In this document: in pieces, positions 1 through 10,220 of the stretch
Layout: the number at the start of each line of letters is the position of its first letter
Position numbering within the stretch: position 1 is the stretch's first letter
Source of the DNA: an uncultured Flavobacteriaceae bacterium
GTDB lineage: Bacteria > Bacteroidota > Bacteroidia > Flavobacteriales > Flavobacteriaceae
NCBI GenBank assembly: GCA_963744855.1
Contig: CAVUUZ010000001.1
Location: forward strand, 65,179-129,178
Direction: 5' to 3'
DNA length: 64,000 nucleotides
The notes under the pieces: generated by a model
Databases searched by the model: none
Told to the model about the DNA's origin: nothing
What the model saw: only the letters and a program-made list of their open reading frames with translations
Made by a program: the position numbers and the translations under genes

Positions 1-2456
1 GCATCGGTAACCATACCCAGGTCCTCCAGGAATGGAGCCACATTTTGGGTGACATCCCTGAATTCAGCACCCCCTTTGGCCGTACTCACGTTTTCCAGGA
101 TATAACTTTTGGCGGGGGAAGGGTATTGGCCGGGAACTAATCTTCCTCCTACAAAGAGATCGAGGTCACCATCCTTATCAAAATCGGCTGCTTTTACACG
201 TGATCCGCTGGTGTACATCGCAGGAAGTGATTTCGCTGCTCTTACCAACACTCCGTTACCATCATTAAGATATAGACGATCTTGTAATAGTTCAGTTTCT
301 GCTTCAAATTCGTTTCCTCCACTCACCATATACAGATCATTGTCTCCATCCCCTTCTGCATCAAAGATCAGGATACCCAGGTCTTCATAAACGCTATCAC
401 GGGCCACTGAAGGCATCTTCATTTTTTGAAATCCCTTGGAGGTTTGGTAGTAGATCCCGGCCTGGTGGTTGGCAGCTCCACCAATCACGAAATCGTCTTG
501 CCCGTCACCATTCAGATCGCCAACAGCTATGCCAGGTCCAAACATGGAGGTTCGATGAGGCAGGAGGATCTCTTTAATAAAATCGTCGTAATAGTTCTCC
601 TCGTGTTTAAAATCTATTGCCAGTGTTTCCGCATTTACATTTTCAAAACGTTTAATTTCTTTAGTGGTAACTGCAGGTGCAACATGGGTTGCGTTAATGT
701 ATTTCAGCGTATATTTTTTATTTAAGGCCAGGTTAGTAATCAGTTCTTCCTTTCCATCCGGCCAATGGATCAACAGGCTGTCTACGGTGGTAAGATTACC
801 AAATCCAAAATGTAGTTGAGGTGCCGTGGAAGATTGAAAACCTCTGCTTAGGGTCATTTCCTGAAATTGTCTGTTACCATTTCCGATTGCCGTGACCTGT
901 ACCCCGATTCCAAATGGATTTTTCTCAGGGCCTTTAAATTCCAGCGTGGCAAAACTACTTTTCGAGGCACTTAGATTTTCAAAGACTGAAGCGGTATCAT
1001 CTATGTTGTTGGTAATGATCTCCAGATCCCCATCATTGTCGAGATCTGCATATACCGAACCGTTAGAGAAACCTTCGAAAGATATCCCCCATTCCTTATT
1101 CATTTGGGTAAAGGTGAGGTCCTTGTTATTTCTAAAGGCGAAATTATCAATTGGTTCTGAAGGTAGTTCCATAGTTCTTTGCAGCAGGTTATCTGCTGGC
1201 CTTCCTTCTTTTTCCCAATTCAGGAAAAAATCTCGGTTATTGATCTCCCTTCGTGTGCCATTAGAAATAAAAATGTCTTTCCATCCATCATTGTCAAGAT
1301 CGGCCATCAGTGGCCCCCAGCTCCAGTCTGTGGACGAAACACCAGCGAGTCTGGAAATATTACTAAAGTCTGGTAAGGTATCGTTGAGCAGGCCATTATT
1401 GAGTTGCAGGGCATTTTGCATGTATTGATAATGGAAGCCCGAATTTACCGTGCTCCAGAAAAGCTCCGGGTTCATACTGGCCATGTTGGCCTTAGAGCGT
1501 CTGTTTACATTGGCCGTCATGTCTACCTGCAAAATATCGAGCAGGTCATCGTTGTTAAAATCTGCAATATCAACGCCCATACCATAGAACGCGGTGTTTT
1601 TTGTAACAGTTCTGACTTCCTCGGAAAAGGTTCCATCCTGATTATTGATAAACAGGTAATCCGGAGTTGAAAAATCATTGGAGACGTAGAGATCGGGCCA
1701 GCCATCTTTGTTAAGGTCACCTACTGTGGCGCTCAATGAGAGCCCGAAGGTGCTTAGTCCAGCCGCTTCCGTTACATCTACAAAACTACCATCGTCATTC
1801 CGATAAAGTTTGTCGGTTTCGAGGGGTTTTGGGTATTGCTGTTTGAAACTGTAAAAGCTATTTGGTGCATCGAAACGGGTAGGGGGGTAGTTGGCGACGT
1901 AGGCATCCAGATCCCCATCTAGGTCATAATCAAAAAAGGTAGCCTGAACGCTATTGCCCGGATCAGCCAGGCCGTACTCTTTGGCTTTTTCGGAGAATGT
2001 CATATCCCCATTATTGATAAATAACTGGTTTTCCTTTACTCCGTATTTACCCCCAACAGAGCAATAAATATCCAGTAGTCCATCGTGGTTGATATCTACC
2101 ATGGTGGTGCCTGTATACCATCTGTCATCGCCGGAGATCCCGGCACTATCTGAGATATCCTCAAAGCGCAAATCACCTTTGTTCAGGTAGAGTTTATTCG
2201 GGACCATGTTCCCGGTAAAGAAGAGGTCTGTAAGACCGTCATTGTTGATGTCTCCGGCAGAGACACCACCTCCCATATATATATAGGCATAGGTAAAATA
2301 GTTTATGGAATCATTTTCTGTCAGTTGATTTTTAAAGGCAATTCCGGTGTCATCTTTTTCCAGTTTGTTAAAGATCCGTGTTGTAGTAGTTTCGGAATTC
2401 TTACAAGAAGCTAGAAATATGAGGGAAATGGCAGAAACAATAAAAAGGGTCTTCAT
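1..2456 (-). CDS. VCBS/FG-GAP-repeat, ASPIC/UnbV-domain lipoprotein (CRTAC1-like); runs off the left edge
   Basis: Manual translation from ATG at 2456: MKTLFIVSAISLIFLASC (lipobox), then YIYMGGGVSAGDINNDGLTDLFFTGN and repeated DxDxDGDxD motifs. Missing from the ORF track, probably because it has no stop in the window. Typical gene downstream of flavobacterial susCD. Confidence 0.88.
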   Translation of the reverse strand, partial: MKTLFIVSAISLIFLASCKNSETTTTRIFNKLEKDDTGIAFKNQLTENDSINYFTYAYIYMGGGVSAGDINNDGLTDLFFTGNMVPNKLYLNKGDLRFEDISDSAGISGDDRWYTGTTMVDINHDGLLDIYCSVGGKYGVKENQLFINNGDMTFSEKAKEYGLADPGNSVQATFFDYDLDGDLDAYVANYPPTRFDAPNSFYSFKQQYPKPLETDKLYRNDDGSFVDVTEAAGLSTFGLSLSATVGDLNKDGWPDLYVSNDFSTPDYLFINNQDGTFSEEVRTVTKNTAFYGMGVDIADFNNDDLLDILQVDMTANVNRRSKANMASMNPELFWSTVNSGFHYQYMQNALQLNNGLLNDTLPDFSNISRLAGVSSTDWSWGPLMADLDNDGWKDIFISNGTRREINNRDFFLNWEKEGRPADNLLQRTMELPSEPIDNFAFRNNKDLTFTQMNKEWGISFEGFSNGSVYADLDNDGDLEIITNNIDDTASVFENLSASKSSFATLEFKGPEKNPFGIGVQVTAIGNGNRQFQEMTLSRGFQSSTAPQLHFGFGNLTTVDSLLIHWPDGKEELITNLALNKKYTLKYINATHVAPAVTTKEIKRFENVNAETLAIDFKHEENYYDDFIKEILLPHRTSMFGPGIAVGDLNGDGQDDFVIGGAANHQAGIYYQTSKGFQKMKMPSVARDSVYEDLGILIFDAEGDGDNDLYMVSGGNEFEAETELLQDRLYLNDGNGVLVRAAKSLPAMYTSGSRVKAADFDKDGDLDLFVGGRLVPGQYPSPAKSYILENVSTAKGGAEFRDVTQNVAPFLEDLGMVTD

Positions 2457-2504
2457 AGGGTTCAAATCTCAAGACTTAAATATAGGAATTCACAGTAGTA
2501 TTAG

Positions 2505-2536
2505 AAACAAAAAACAGGGCATTTAACATGCCCTGT
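2505..2536 (-). terminator. Intrinsic terminator/attenuator after susD
   Basis: 9-bp perfect stem ACAGGGCAT-ttaac-ATGCCCTGT (2514-2536) followed on the minus strand by a T-rich tract. Confidence 0.7.
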
Positions 2537-2561
2537 CTTAATTTTTAGATTGGTGTAATTC

Positions 2562-4241
2562 TTAGAATCCAGGATTCTGTTGCAATACCCCTCCACTTAA
2601 ATCGATCGCATTGATCGGGATAGGTAACAAATCCATATTGGACATATAAGTACCTGCTTTTTGACCAAAATTAGGGATGGTACGTGCTTCATTTGTTACA
2701 TAGGCATTAATGACATTTTCAGCAACACCCCATCTTCTGAGGTCAAATAATCGATGTCCTTCCATGGCTAGTTCCAATCGTCTTTCAAAGCGAACAGCTT
2801 TTCTAGCTGCTGCCTGGTCGGCAAAAGCAGCATAAGGCTCTACCTGGTAATTTGCAGCATCTGCTGTACCTGCTTCATTTTGAACATAGCTCATGTTTTT
2901 AGCACGGTTTCGAACTAAATTTACATAAGTTAAAGCCGTGGGAAGGTCATTCAGCTCCACCGCTACTTCTGCTGCCATGAGCAACACATCAGCGTAGCGC
3001 ATAATATGGTAATTGACACCAGAGAATTGTTGTCCCCAGGGACCTGTTCCAAAGTTTCCTGAATCATCGGCCTGATATACATTTTTCTTGGGCAAATATG
3101 GTCCGGAGATATCAGCATCTGTTGCCCGTACCCAGTCTTGCCCGGGATTGATACCGTAGCCATTATAGTCGATTCCCCTTCTTCCGGCCGTATAATCCAC
3201 GCGTGGATCCAACGGGCCCGTATGCGGTGTAAAAGGATCTGCACTAGTTAGCTCCTGATCATTGGTTACATCCGTTTGGTTAAAGGTATCCAACAAAGGT
3301 AAACCTGTGCCATCTGTCTGATAGGCATTGACCAAATCTTGCGTAGGTTGGTAAAATCCACAACAGAAACCTAAGGCATTAGGAAAATTTAAAGTACCCC
3401 CTTGATTTCCATTCCAGGCGACACTACCGGCTGTAGCGAACTGTACCGTAAAAACTGCTTCCGTACCGGTTTCACCAGCCAAAGAAAAATTGGCGACGAA
3501 TTCCGGGTTAAGCGAATATGGTCCATTGTTGATCACATCTGTAAATAATGGAGACGCTGCAGCATAATCTTGCTGAAACAGATGAGCTTTCGCCAGAAAT
3601 GCCTTGGCAGCCCATGACGAAGCACGCCCCAACTCTGCTTGAGTAGGAGGTAAATTATCAATTGCAAATTGGAAATCAGCTTCTATCTGTTCCCAGATAG
3701 GGCCGGTATTGGGTTGGTTAAACTCCGTATTAGCGAAGTTTTCTTCTGAGATATACGATACATTGCCAAACATCTTTTGAAGCTCAAAATTAAAATGGCC
3801 TCTTAGGAAACGTGCTTCTGCCAGTTGAGCAGTAAAGTCACCCTCTTCAATCTTACTGATCAGGTCAATAACAGCATTGGCCCTGTTAACTCCGGCATAT
3901 CTGCTGTTCCACATGTTCAGGTAGGGGTTAGCAGAGGTCCAGTCGTATATTTCCAACAGGTAAAGGTCAGCCTGGTCCCCGTCTGTACTCCCTTTATGGG
4001 CGTCATCGGAAATGACATCAAGCCACCAGTTGTCTCCGGTTCCTTGCCAGGCGTCGCCCGGCGCATTGTTAATCACTCCATCCAGGGTAGAATAGGCGCC
4101 TACCAGGAGCAAGTCAACACCCGTCTCATTTTGAAGTGTCTGATCACTCAATGCCCCTATGGCGGGTACATTGGTAAAGTCATCGCTACAAGCAAATATC
4201 ACAGCGAATAGGGTTACATAATAAAAGATTCTCTTTTTCAT
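2562..4241 (-). CDS. RagB/SusD family nutrient-uptake outer membrane lipoprotein
   Basis: Start MKKRIFYY...IFAC (lipobox); motifs AEARFLRG, RYADVLLMAAE, ERRLELAMEGHRLFDLRRWG, C-terminal QNPGF; directly downstream of SusC. Confidence 0.95.
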   Translation of the reverse strand: MKKRIFYYVTLFAVIFACSDDFTNVPAIGALSDQTLQNETGVDLLLVGAYSTLDGVINNAPGDAWQGTGDNWWLDVISDDAHKGSTDGDQADLYLLEIYDWTSANPYLNMWNSRYAGVNRANAVIDLISKIEEGDFTAQLAEARFLRGHFNFELQKMFGNVSYISEENFANTEFNQPNTGPIWEQIEADFQFAIDNLPPTQAELGRASSWAAKAFLAKAHLFQQDYAAASPLFTDVINNGPYSLNPEFVANFSLAGETGTEAVFTVQFATAGSVAWNGNQGGTLNFPNALGFCCGFYQPTQDLVNAYQTDGTGLPLLDTFNQTDVTNDQELTSADPFTPHTGPLDPRVDYTAGRRGIDYNGYGINPGQDWVRATDADISGPYLPKKNVYQADDSGNFGTGPWGQQFSGVNYHIMRYADVLLMAAEVAVELNDLPTALTYVNLVRNRAKNMSYVQNEAGTADAANYQVEPYAAFADQAAARKAVRFERRLELAMEGHRLFDLRRWGVAENVINAYVTNEARTIPNFGQKAGTYMSNMDLLPIPINAIDLSGGVLQQNPGF

Positions 4242-4245
4242 TTTT

Positions 4246-7200
4246 TTAGAATTTTGTGTTAATACCAATCGTTAGTATCTGTGCTAATGGGAAAACGGGA
4301 TTCGGTCCGTCAACAGCCAAAGATAAGTTATCATTAGAAACTACTTCTGGATCTAATCCTTGGTAATCAGTAATCGTGAACAAATTTGTTCCCTGCACAT
4401 ACAAACGTAACATATCCAGACCAATAGTACTGGCAATGTTATCATTAAATGTATATCCTATCTGTAGATTCTTTAATCTCAAAAAGGATGCGTCTTCTAC
4501 AAAATATGAATTTGGATTTGTTTCAGCATTTGTAATGGTCTGACTTAGAGCCGGTAACGTTGCATTAGTGTTAGATGGCGTCCATGCATCCAGTACCCTT
4601 GTACTTTGGTTTGACCCAAAGAATGTAGGGAAGTCAGTAAAGATCTTCTGATAGTTGTAGGCATCATTCCCTTGTGATCCGGAGAAAAATAACGACATAT
4701 CAAATCCTTTATAGCCAGCATTTAAGTTTATACCATAGGTGAAATCCGGATGAGGTGACCCAATGTAAGTTCGGTCATCATCATCAATAGTACCGTTGTT
4801 ATCTATATCCGCATAGGTAAATCTACCAGTACTGTCAAAGCCAGTTACCTGTCGCCCGAAGAATTCGGAAATAGCACGGCCCACTTCGGTTCGGGTTACC
4901 GCTCCGCCACGCAGGTCAGTTCTACCTGCCTGGAAATCACTGATCAGGGTTTTAACTTCATTTCTGTAGTGCGAAATATTGGCATTTATACCATAATTGA
5001 GGCCATAACTGGTTTCATGGTTGTAGCCAATGGCTAAATCAAAACCGGTATTCTGAATGTCTCCCAGGTTTACCAGGGGTGCTGAAGCATCAATTGCCGT
5101 TGTGCTGATAAGACCATTATCTCTTGTGATCAGATCCTTGGTATCAATATCAAAATACTCGAAGGATATCGTGAGGTCATTATTGAAAAGCCCCATTTCA
5201 AATCCAATATTGGTCGTAACACTGGTTTCCCATTTAAGATCAGGATTCCCTACCTGACTCAGAATAGCACCTGTCGAAAGGGCATTTCCACTCAATGCAT
5301 AGTTTGCCAGGGTTTCACTAAGGTTAGAAATGTTGATTGTTGGATTACTGGCCGGTAAGGTTTGGTTCCCTAACTGACCATAAGAAGCCTTGATTCTAAG
5401 ACGACTAACAACTCCATTGGAAGGGAAGAAATCCTCATCACTGATCAACCAGCCTGCACTGAAAGATGGAAAGGTCTGGCTCTGATTGTCTCCAAGGAAA
5501 CGGGATGATTTATCGTTCCTTAGTGTGACCGTTGCAAAATATTTCCCTTGATAAGAGTAATTTGCAGTACCAAAAATGGAGAATAGTGTATTTCCTCCTT
5601 GATACGCATCATCTACATTAGGAAGGCTACTACCATTGCTTAACAGATAGAAATCGGGAGTTTCAAATAAATACCCGTTCCTGCTGATGTTTTTTCCTTT
5701 ACTGTTTTCTTCCACAGCTTCAATTCCAACCAGGGCATTGATGTTGTGCTCGCCGATTACAGTATTATAGTTAAGAATATTGTTCCAGGTCCAAGTGTAG
5801 TTATTGATGTCTTGCTCACGCAATGTGTTTGTTGCTAATGGCTCACTGAATTCAGGATCAAGCTTTGTAAACGTCCGCTGCGTGAAATTTTCTATATTAC
5901 CACTAATGGTTGTCTTAAATTTGAGACCTTCATAAAGTTGAGCCTGCAAATAGAGGTCACCAAATACTCGGAATATTTTGTTATAGTTATCCTCACCTCT
6001 TGAGAGTAAGGCTACAGGATTTCTGGAATTACTTAAGCCTGTAGATGCGGGACCCGTACCTGCGAAATCTCCCTCGTCGTCAAAAACAGGAATCAGAGGT
6101 GAGGTTCTGTATGCCATATTGATCGCCTCCAGCGTACCTTCCTGCTGACGAGAAAAAGACGCATTAAGGTGCTCTCCTATAGTGACATACTTCCCAATCT
6201 TGAATTCAGAATTTAATCGGGTAACACCTTGCTTAAATCCGGTATCATTCAGGATACCCTGCCGATTGAGGTAGTTGGCAGACAAGAAATACTTTCCGGT
6301 TTCGTTACCATTGGAGACAGAAATATCAAAATTCTGTGTAGGGGCATTTTGGGTAATTTCATTAAACCAGTTGGTACCATTAGGCTGTCTTACCGTGGCT
6401 GTTCGTGGTTCCCTAACGATAGGATCATAGGAAGCCACCCGCGTATATCCTTGTATGGTAGTAGGCACCACAGCGGTAGGGCCACTTCCGTACTGAGGGT
6501 GGGATACCGTTACACCATCATTACTCAGAGCCTGGAAGATATAATTTCCGTGTTGTTGTGTATTTAACATCTTTGGAAGATTAGTAGCCCGTGATATACC
6601 AGTATACACATTGAAAGTCACCGTTGGCTCGGCCTGGTTATAGCTACCACTTTTTGTTGTAATGATCACTACCCCGTTGGAGGCCCTTGCCCCATAAATG
6701 GCTGCAGCACCATCCTTCAGGACGTTCATTTGCTCTATATCTCCCGGGTTAATACTGTTCAGAATGGAAGGATTGTCTGTCTGAACCCCGTCAATAATAT
6801 AAAGAGGATTGGTATTATTACTGGTACCAAAACCACGTATCACTACTTTTGGAGAGCTCCCCGGAGTACCAGAGTTGGTGACCGTGACCCCGGTCACACG
6901 TCCTTCCAGTGCTTCTGCGGCATTCACCAGTGGCACTTTGGTGGCTTCACTGATATCTACCGAGGCAACAGATCCTGTGATATCACCCCTAGTCTGGGTC
7001 GAATATCCTGTTACAACGACTTCTGCCAGTTGGCTGGCATCTTCCGCCATTTGCACGTTAATCGTACTCTGTCCATTTACCGGGACTTCTTGTCTTGCAA
7101 AACCGATATAGCTGAAAACCAGTATGGCGTCAGCACTTGCTGTAATGGTGTAGTTTCCATCAAAATCGGTTTGAGTACCATTGGTGGTACCTTTTACCAA

Positions 7201-7425
7201 AACGTTCGCTCCCGGCAGTGGTCCACCCAGGTCATCTGTTACTGTACCCGTAATGGTCGATTGAACATTTTCTTTGTCGATCTTGTCCGGATCAACATTG
7301 ACATTGGCAAAAGCCAGGGACCCCGATAGCATAAGAAGCAAAGAAAAAACTCCGATGGCAACGGAATTGGCAAGTGCTAACCTCTTTCTGAGATGTGGCA
7401 CAAGCTGTGTAATTTTTCGAATCAT
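4246..7425 (-). CDS. SusC/RagA family TonB-dependent outer membrane transporter
   Basis: CarboxypepD-like N-domain (GTQTDFDGNY), plug motifs PLYIIDGV and VLKDGAAAIYGARASNGVVIITTK, GNPDLKWE, C-terminal Phe. Confidence 0.96.
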   Translation of the reverse strand: MIRKITQLVPHLRKRLALANSVAIGVFSLLLMLSGSLAFANVNVDPDKIDKENVQSTITGTVTDDLGGPLPGANVLVKGTTNGTQTDFDGNYTITASADAILVFSYIGFARQEVPVNGQSTINVQMAEDASQLAEVVVTGYSTQTRGDITGSVASVDISEATKVPLVNAAEALEGRVTGVTVTNSGTPGSSPKVVIRGFGTSNNTNPLYIIDGVQTDNPSILNSINPGDIEQMNVLKDGAAAIYGARASNGVVIITTKSGSYNQAEPTVTFNVYTGISRATNLPKMLNTQQHGNYIFQALSNDGVTVSHPQYGSGPTAVVPTTIQGYTRVASYDPIVREPRTATVRQPNGTNWFNEITQNAPTQNFDISVSNGNETGKYFLSANYLNRQGILNDTGFKQGVTRLNSEFKIGKYVTIGEHLNASFSRQQEGTLEAINMAYRTSPLIPVFDDEGDFAGTGPASTGLSNSRNPVALLSRGEDNYNKIFRVFGDLYLQAQLYEGLKFKTTISGNIENFTQRTFTKLDPEFSEPLATNTLREQDINNYTWTWNNILNYNTVIGEHNINALVGIEAVEENSKGKNISRNGYLFETPDFYLLSNGSSLPNVDDAYQGGNTLFSIFGTANYSYQGKYFATVTLRNDKSSRFLGDNQSQTFPSFSAGWLISDEDFFPSNGVVSRLRIKASYGQLGNQTLPASNPTINISNLSETLANYALSGNALSTGAILSQVGNPDLKWETSVTTNIGFEMGLFNNDLTISFEYFDIDTKDLITRDNGLISTTAIDASAPLVNLGDIQNTGFDLAIGYNHETSYGLNYGINANISHYRNEVKTLISDFQAGRTDLRGGAVTRTEVGRAISEFFGRQVTGFDSTGRFTYADIDNNGTIDDDDRTYIGSPHPDFTYGINLNAGYKGFDMSLFFSGSQGNDAYNYQKIFTDFPTFFGSNQSTRVLDAWTPSNTNATLPALSQTITNAETNPNSYFVEDASFLRLKNLQIGYTFNDNIASTIGLDMLRLYVQGTNLFTITDYQGLDPEVVSNDNLSLAVDGPNPVFPLAQILTIGINTKF

Positions 7426-7483
7426 AATAATGTCTCGTTAAGTTAGTTAATGATGGTTTCCCAATAATTTTTAGAGCTATATA

Positions 7484-7501
7484 GTCGCAAACGTTTGCGA
7501 C
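7484..7501. promoter_or_regulatory. Putative LacI-family operator
   Basis: Perfect 18-bp palindrome GTCGCAAACGTTTGCGAC with central CG, in the divergent susC/GMC intergenic region. Confidence 0.75.
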
Positions 7502-7741
7502 AAGTGTTAAAAAAATTAAGAAATAAGAGATAATATTACTAAAAATTTGTGATAATCAAATTAGGATCATTCTTTTTTTTTAAGAAATTATTAAGAAGCG
7601 AAGCCTGTTCACGAGTATTATCAAGAATTCTTTTTAAATGGCCATTTGGCATGGTATAAAATTCTTCCTGCCGCATGCGGTAAATTAATTTCAATTTTTC
7701 ATTATAATTTCTACCTTGTAGACCAATCCAAAAAAATTCCT

Positions 7742-9460
7742 ATGCAGATAAAAGAATCCGCTGTTCAATACGATGCCATTATTGTAGGCTCCGGAGCCGG
7801 AGGTGGAATGTCGGCGAAAGTGTTGGCAGACGCCGGACTTAAAATTGCCATCGTGGAAGCTGGTCCATATTTCGATCCGGCAGATCCCAAACAAATGACG
7901 CAATTAAAATGGCCCTATGAATCCCCGCGCAGAGGAGCAGGAACATCCCGTGTCTTTGGGGAGTTCGATATGGCGTATGGAGGATGGGAAATTGAAGGAG
8001 AACCCTATACTCAAAAAAATGGCACTAATTTCTATTGGTTTCGCTCCCATATGTTAGGAGGGCGCACCAACCATTGGGGAAGAATTTCCCTTCGTTTCGG
8101 ACCAAAGGATTTCAAGCATAAGGATGTTGACGGACTCGGAGACAACTGGCCCATAGGCTATGAAGATGTTAAACCGTATTACGATAAGGTAGACAAGCTC
8201 ATTGGTGTCTTCGGAACTAATGAGGGTCTGCCCAATGATCCGGACGGATTTTTCCTTCCTCCCCCGAAACCAAGACTTCATGAACTCTTCTATATTAAGG
8301 GTGCCAGGGATTTAAATATTCCGGTGATCCCTTCCCGGATGTCCATGCTCACCAAAAAAATCAATAATGAGAGAGGGGTTTGCTTTTATTGCGGGCAGTG
8401 TTCCAGAGCTTGCCAGGTGTATGCCGACTTTTCATCCGGGTCTTGTCTTATCTTTCCGGCCCAGAAAAGTGGCGGACAAATAGATCTCTATGTGAATTCT
8501 GTAGTTCGCGAAATAACCACCAATGAAGAAGGGAAGGCAACAGGAGTATCCTATATTAATAAGGACGACAGAAAGGAATACAAATTAAAAGGGAAGGTAG
8601 TGGTCCTGGCAGCCTCTGCCTGTAGTTCGGCTCGAATACTGCTTAATTCAAAAAGTACACAACATCCCAATGGCCTGGGCAACAGTAGCAATCTTGTTGG
8701 GAAATACCTGCATGATTCTACAGGGAGCAGCAGGGCAGGTTTTATCCCCGGACTTATGAATCGCAAGATGTACAATGAAGATGGGGTAGGAGGAATGCAT
8801 GTGTATACGCCCTGGTGGTTAGACAATAAGAACCTCGATTTTCCTCGCGGATACCATATAGAAGTATGGGGTGGAATCGGAATGCCTAACTACGGTTTCG
8901 GTTTTAACCCGAATGATTTCAATAAATTTTTTGGTCTACCAACCGGAGGTTATGGTGCCGGTTTACGGGAGGATGTGAAAAAATATTACGGTTCCGTCAT
9001 TGGCTTTGGAGGCAGGGGGGAGTCTATCGCCAGAGAAGATAACTATTGTGAGATAGATCCTACCACAGTGGATGAATTTGGGATCCCTGTGTTGCGATTT
9101 AATTATAAATGGTCCGATTTTGAACGCAACCAGGCAAGGCATATGCAAAGCACCTTTGAGGAACTTATCCATAGTATGGGAGGAGAGCCTCTGGGAGATA
9201 CCCCTACCAAGGAACAAGACTATGGCTTGCTAAATCCAGGACAGATCATTCATGAAGTTGGGACAACCCGAATGGGAGATGATAAAACCAAATCAGTGGT
9301 GAACCGATTTCAGCAATTGCACGATGTCAAAAATGTTTTTATTACGGATGCAGGACCTTTTGTTTCTCAGGCCGATAAAAATTGTACCTGGACCATCCTG
9401 GCACTTTCCTGGAGGGCTTCAGACTATATCGTGGAACAATTAAAACAACAAAATATCTAA
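7742..9460 (+). CDS. GMC family FAD oxidoreductase (glycoside 3-dehydrogenase-like flavoprotein subunit)
   Basis: GSGAGGG FAD motif, LGGRTNHWGR, Cys cluster CFYCGQCSRAC, HEVGTTRMG; probable start MQIKES at 7742. Confidence 0.9.
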   Translation: MQIKESAVQYDAIIVGSGAGGGMSAKVLADAGLKIAIVEAGPYFDPADPKQMTQLKWPYESPRRGAGTSRVFGEFDMAYGGWEIEGEPYTQKNGTNFYWFRSHMLGGRTNHWGRISLRFGPKDFKHKDVDGLGDNWPIGYEDVKPYYDKVDKLIGVFGTNEGLPNDPDGFFLPPPKPRLHELFYIKGARDLNIPVIPSRMSMLTKKINNERGVCFYCGQCSRACQVYADFSSGSCLIFPAQKSGGQIDLYVNSVVREITTNEEGKATGVSYINKDDRKEYKLKGKVVVLAASACSSARILLNSKSTQHPNGLGNSSNLVGKYLHDSTGSSRAGFIPGLMNRKMYNEDGVGGMHVYTPWWLDNKNLDFPRGYHIEVWGGIGMPNYGFGFNPNDFNKFFGLPTGGYGAGLREDVKKYYGSVIGFGGRGESIAREDNYCEIDPTTVDEFGIPVLRFNYKWSDFERNQARHMQSTFEELIHSMGGEPLGDTPTKEQDYGLLNPGQIIHEVGTTRMGDDKTKSVVNRFQQLHDVKNVFITDAGPFVSQADKNCTWTILALSWRASDYIVEQLKQQNI

Positions 9461-9463
9461 GTC

Positions 9464-10177
9464 ATGGATAGAAGAAATAGTATAAAATCGATCCTTCTAG
9501 GATCTGTGGCCGGTGGACTTGCCTTACACGGATGCAAACCCGGGGAAGAAAATGGGGAAGTATTAGAAAGCTTGGTTGCAGACTCAAAATATTTTGGCCG
9601 CACACCCAAGGAACTTGCTGAGATTGAAAAACTCAATGCTGAACAGTTCCTAAATGAGCACGAACTGGAAACTATCGACGTTCTCAGTAACCTTATATTA
9701 CCTCCCAATGAACATGGGGGTCCAACGGAGGCAGGTGTTCCCGAATTTGTGGAGTTTATGGCCAAGGATATTCCTGAATTACAAACAACACTTCCGCGGC
9801 GGACTTATGTGGTTAGATCACAAGAGCAACACGGAATACAATACTGAATTTAAGAGCACCCCTGAGGCATCACAAAAAGTGATTTTAGATGCTATTGCAT
9901 TTTACGATACCAAGATCCCTATGGATGATCACCCTTTGGAGGTTCAATTCTTTAATTTGATGCGAAACTTAACCTTAACAGGCTACTACACCTCAAAGGT
10001 GGGTATAGAAGATCTTGGATACCAGGGCAATATGCCTAATGTTTGGGACGGAGTGCCCAGGAAGTTCTCGATCAGCATGGCATGGCCTATGATGAGGAAT
10101 GGCTGGCAAAATGCGTGGACCAGAGTAAACGCGGCGAAATTGCTGTTTGGGATGAGAAAGGAAATTTGCTTACCTAG
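9464..10177 (+). CDS. Gluconate 2-dehydrogenase subunit 3 family protein (Tat substrate), broken by two compensating frameshifts
   Basis: MDRRNSIK twin-Arg signal. +1 shift near 9794 continues RGGLMWLD...FFNLMRNLTLTGYYTSKVG.EDLGYQGN. -1 shift near 10057 returns to the original frame (EVLDQHGMAYDEEWLAKC...GNLLT*, stop 10175-10177). Confidence 0.8.
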
Positions 10178-10220
10178 GAATATAAACGATTTAAACAATA
10201 TTATTGTAATAGGACCACAC

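Noticed and set aside
109-1720. Short ORFs from the ORF track here, and similar antisense ORFs across the window
   Set aside because: They are shadow frames of the long minus-strand VCBS gene or of other well-supported genes, with no recognisable motifs.
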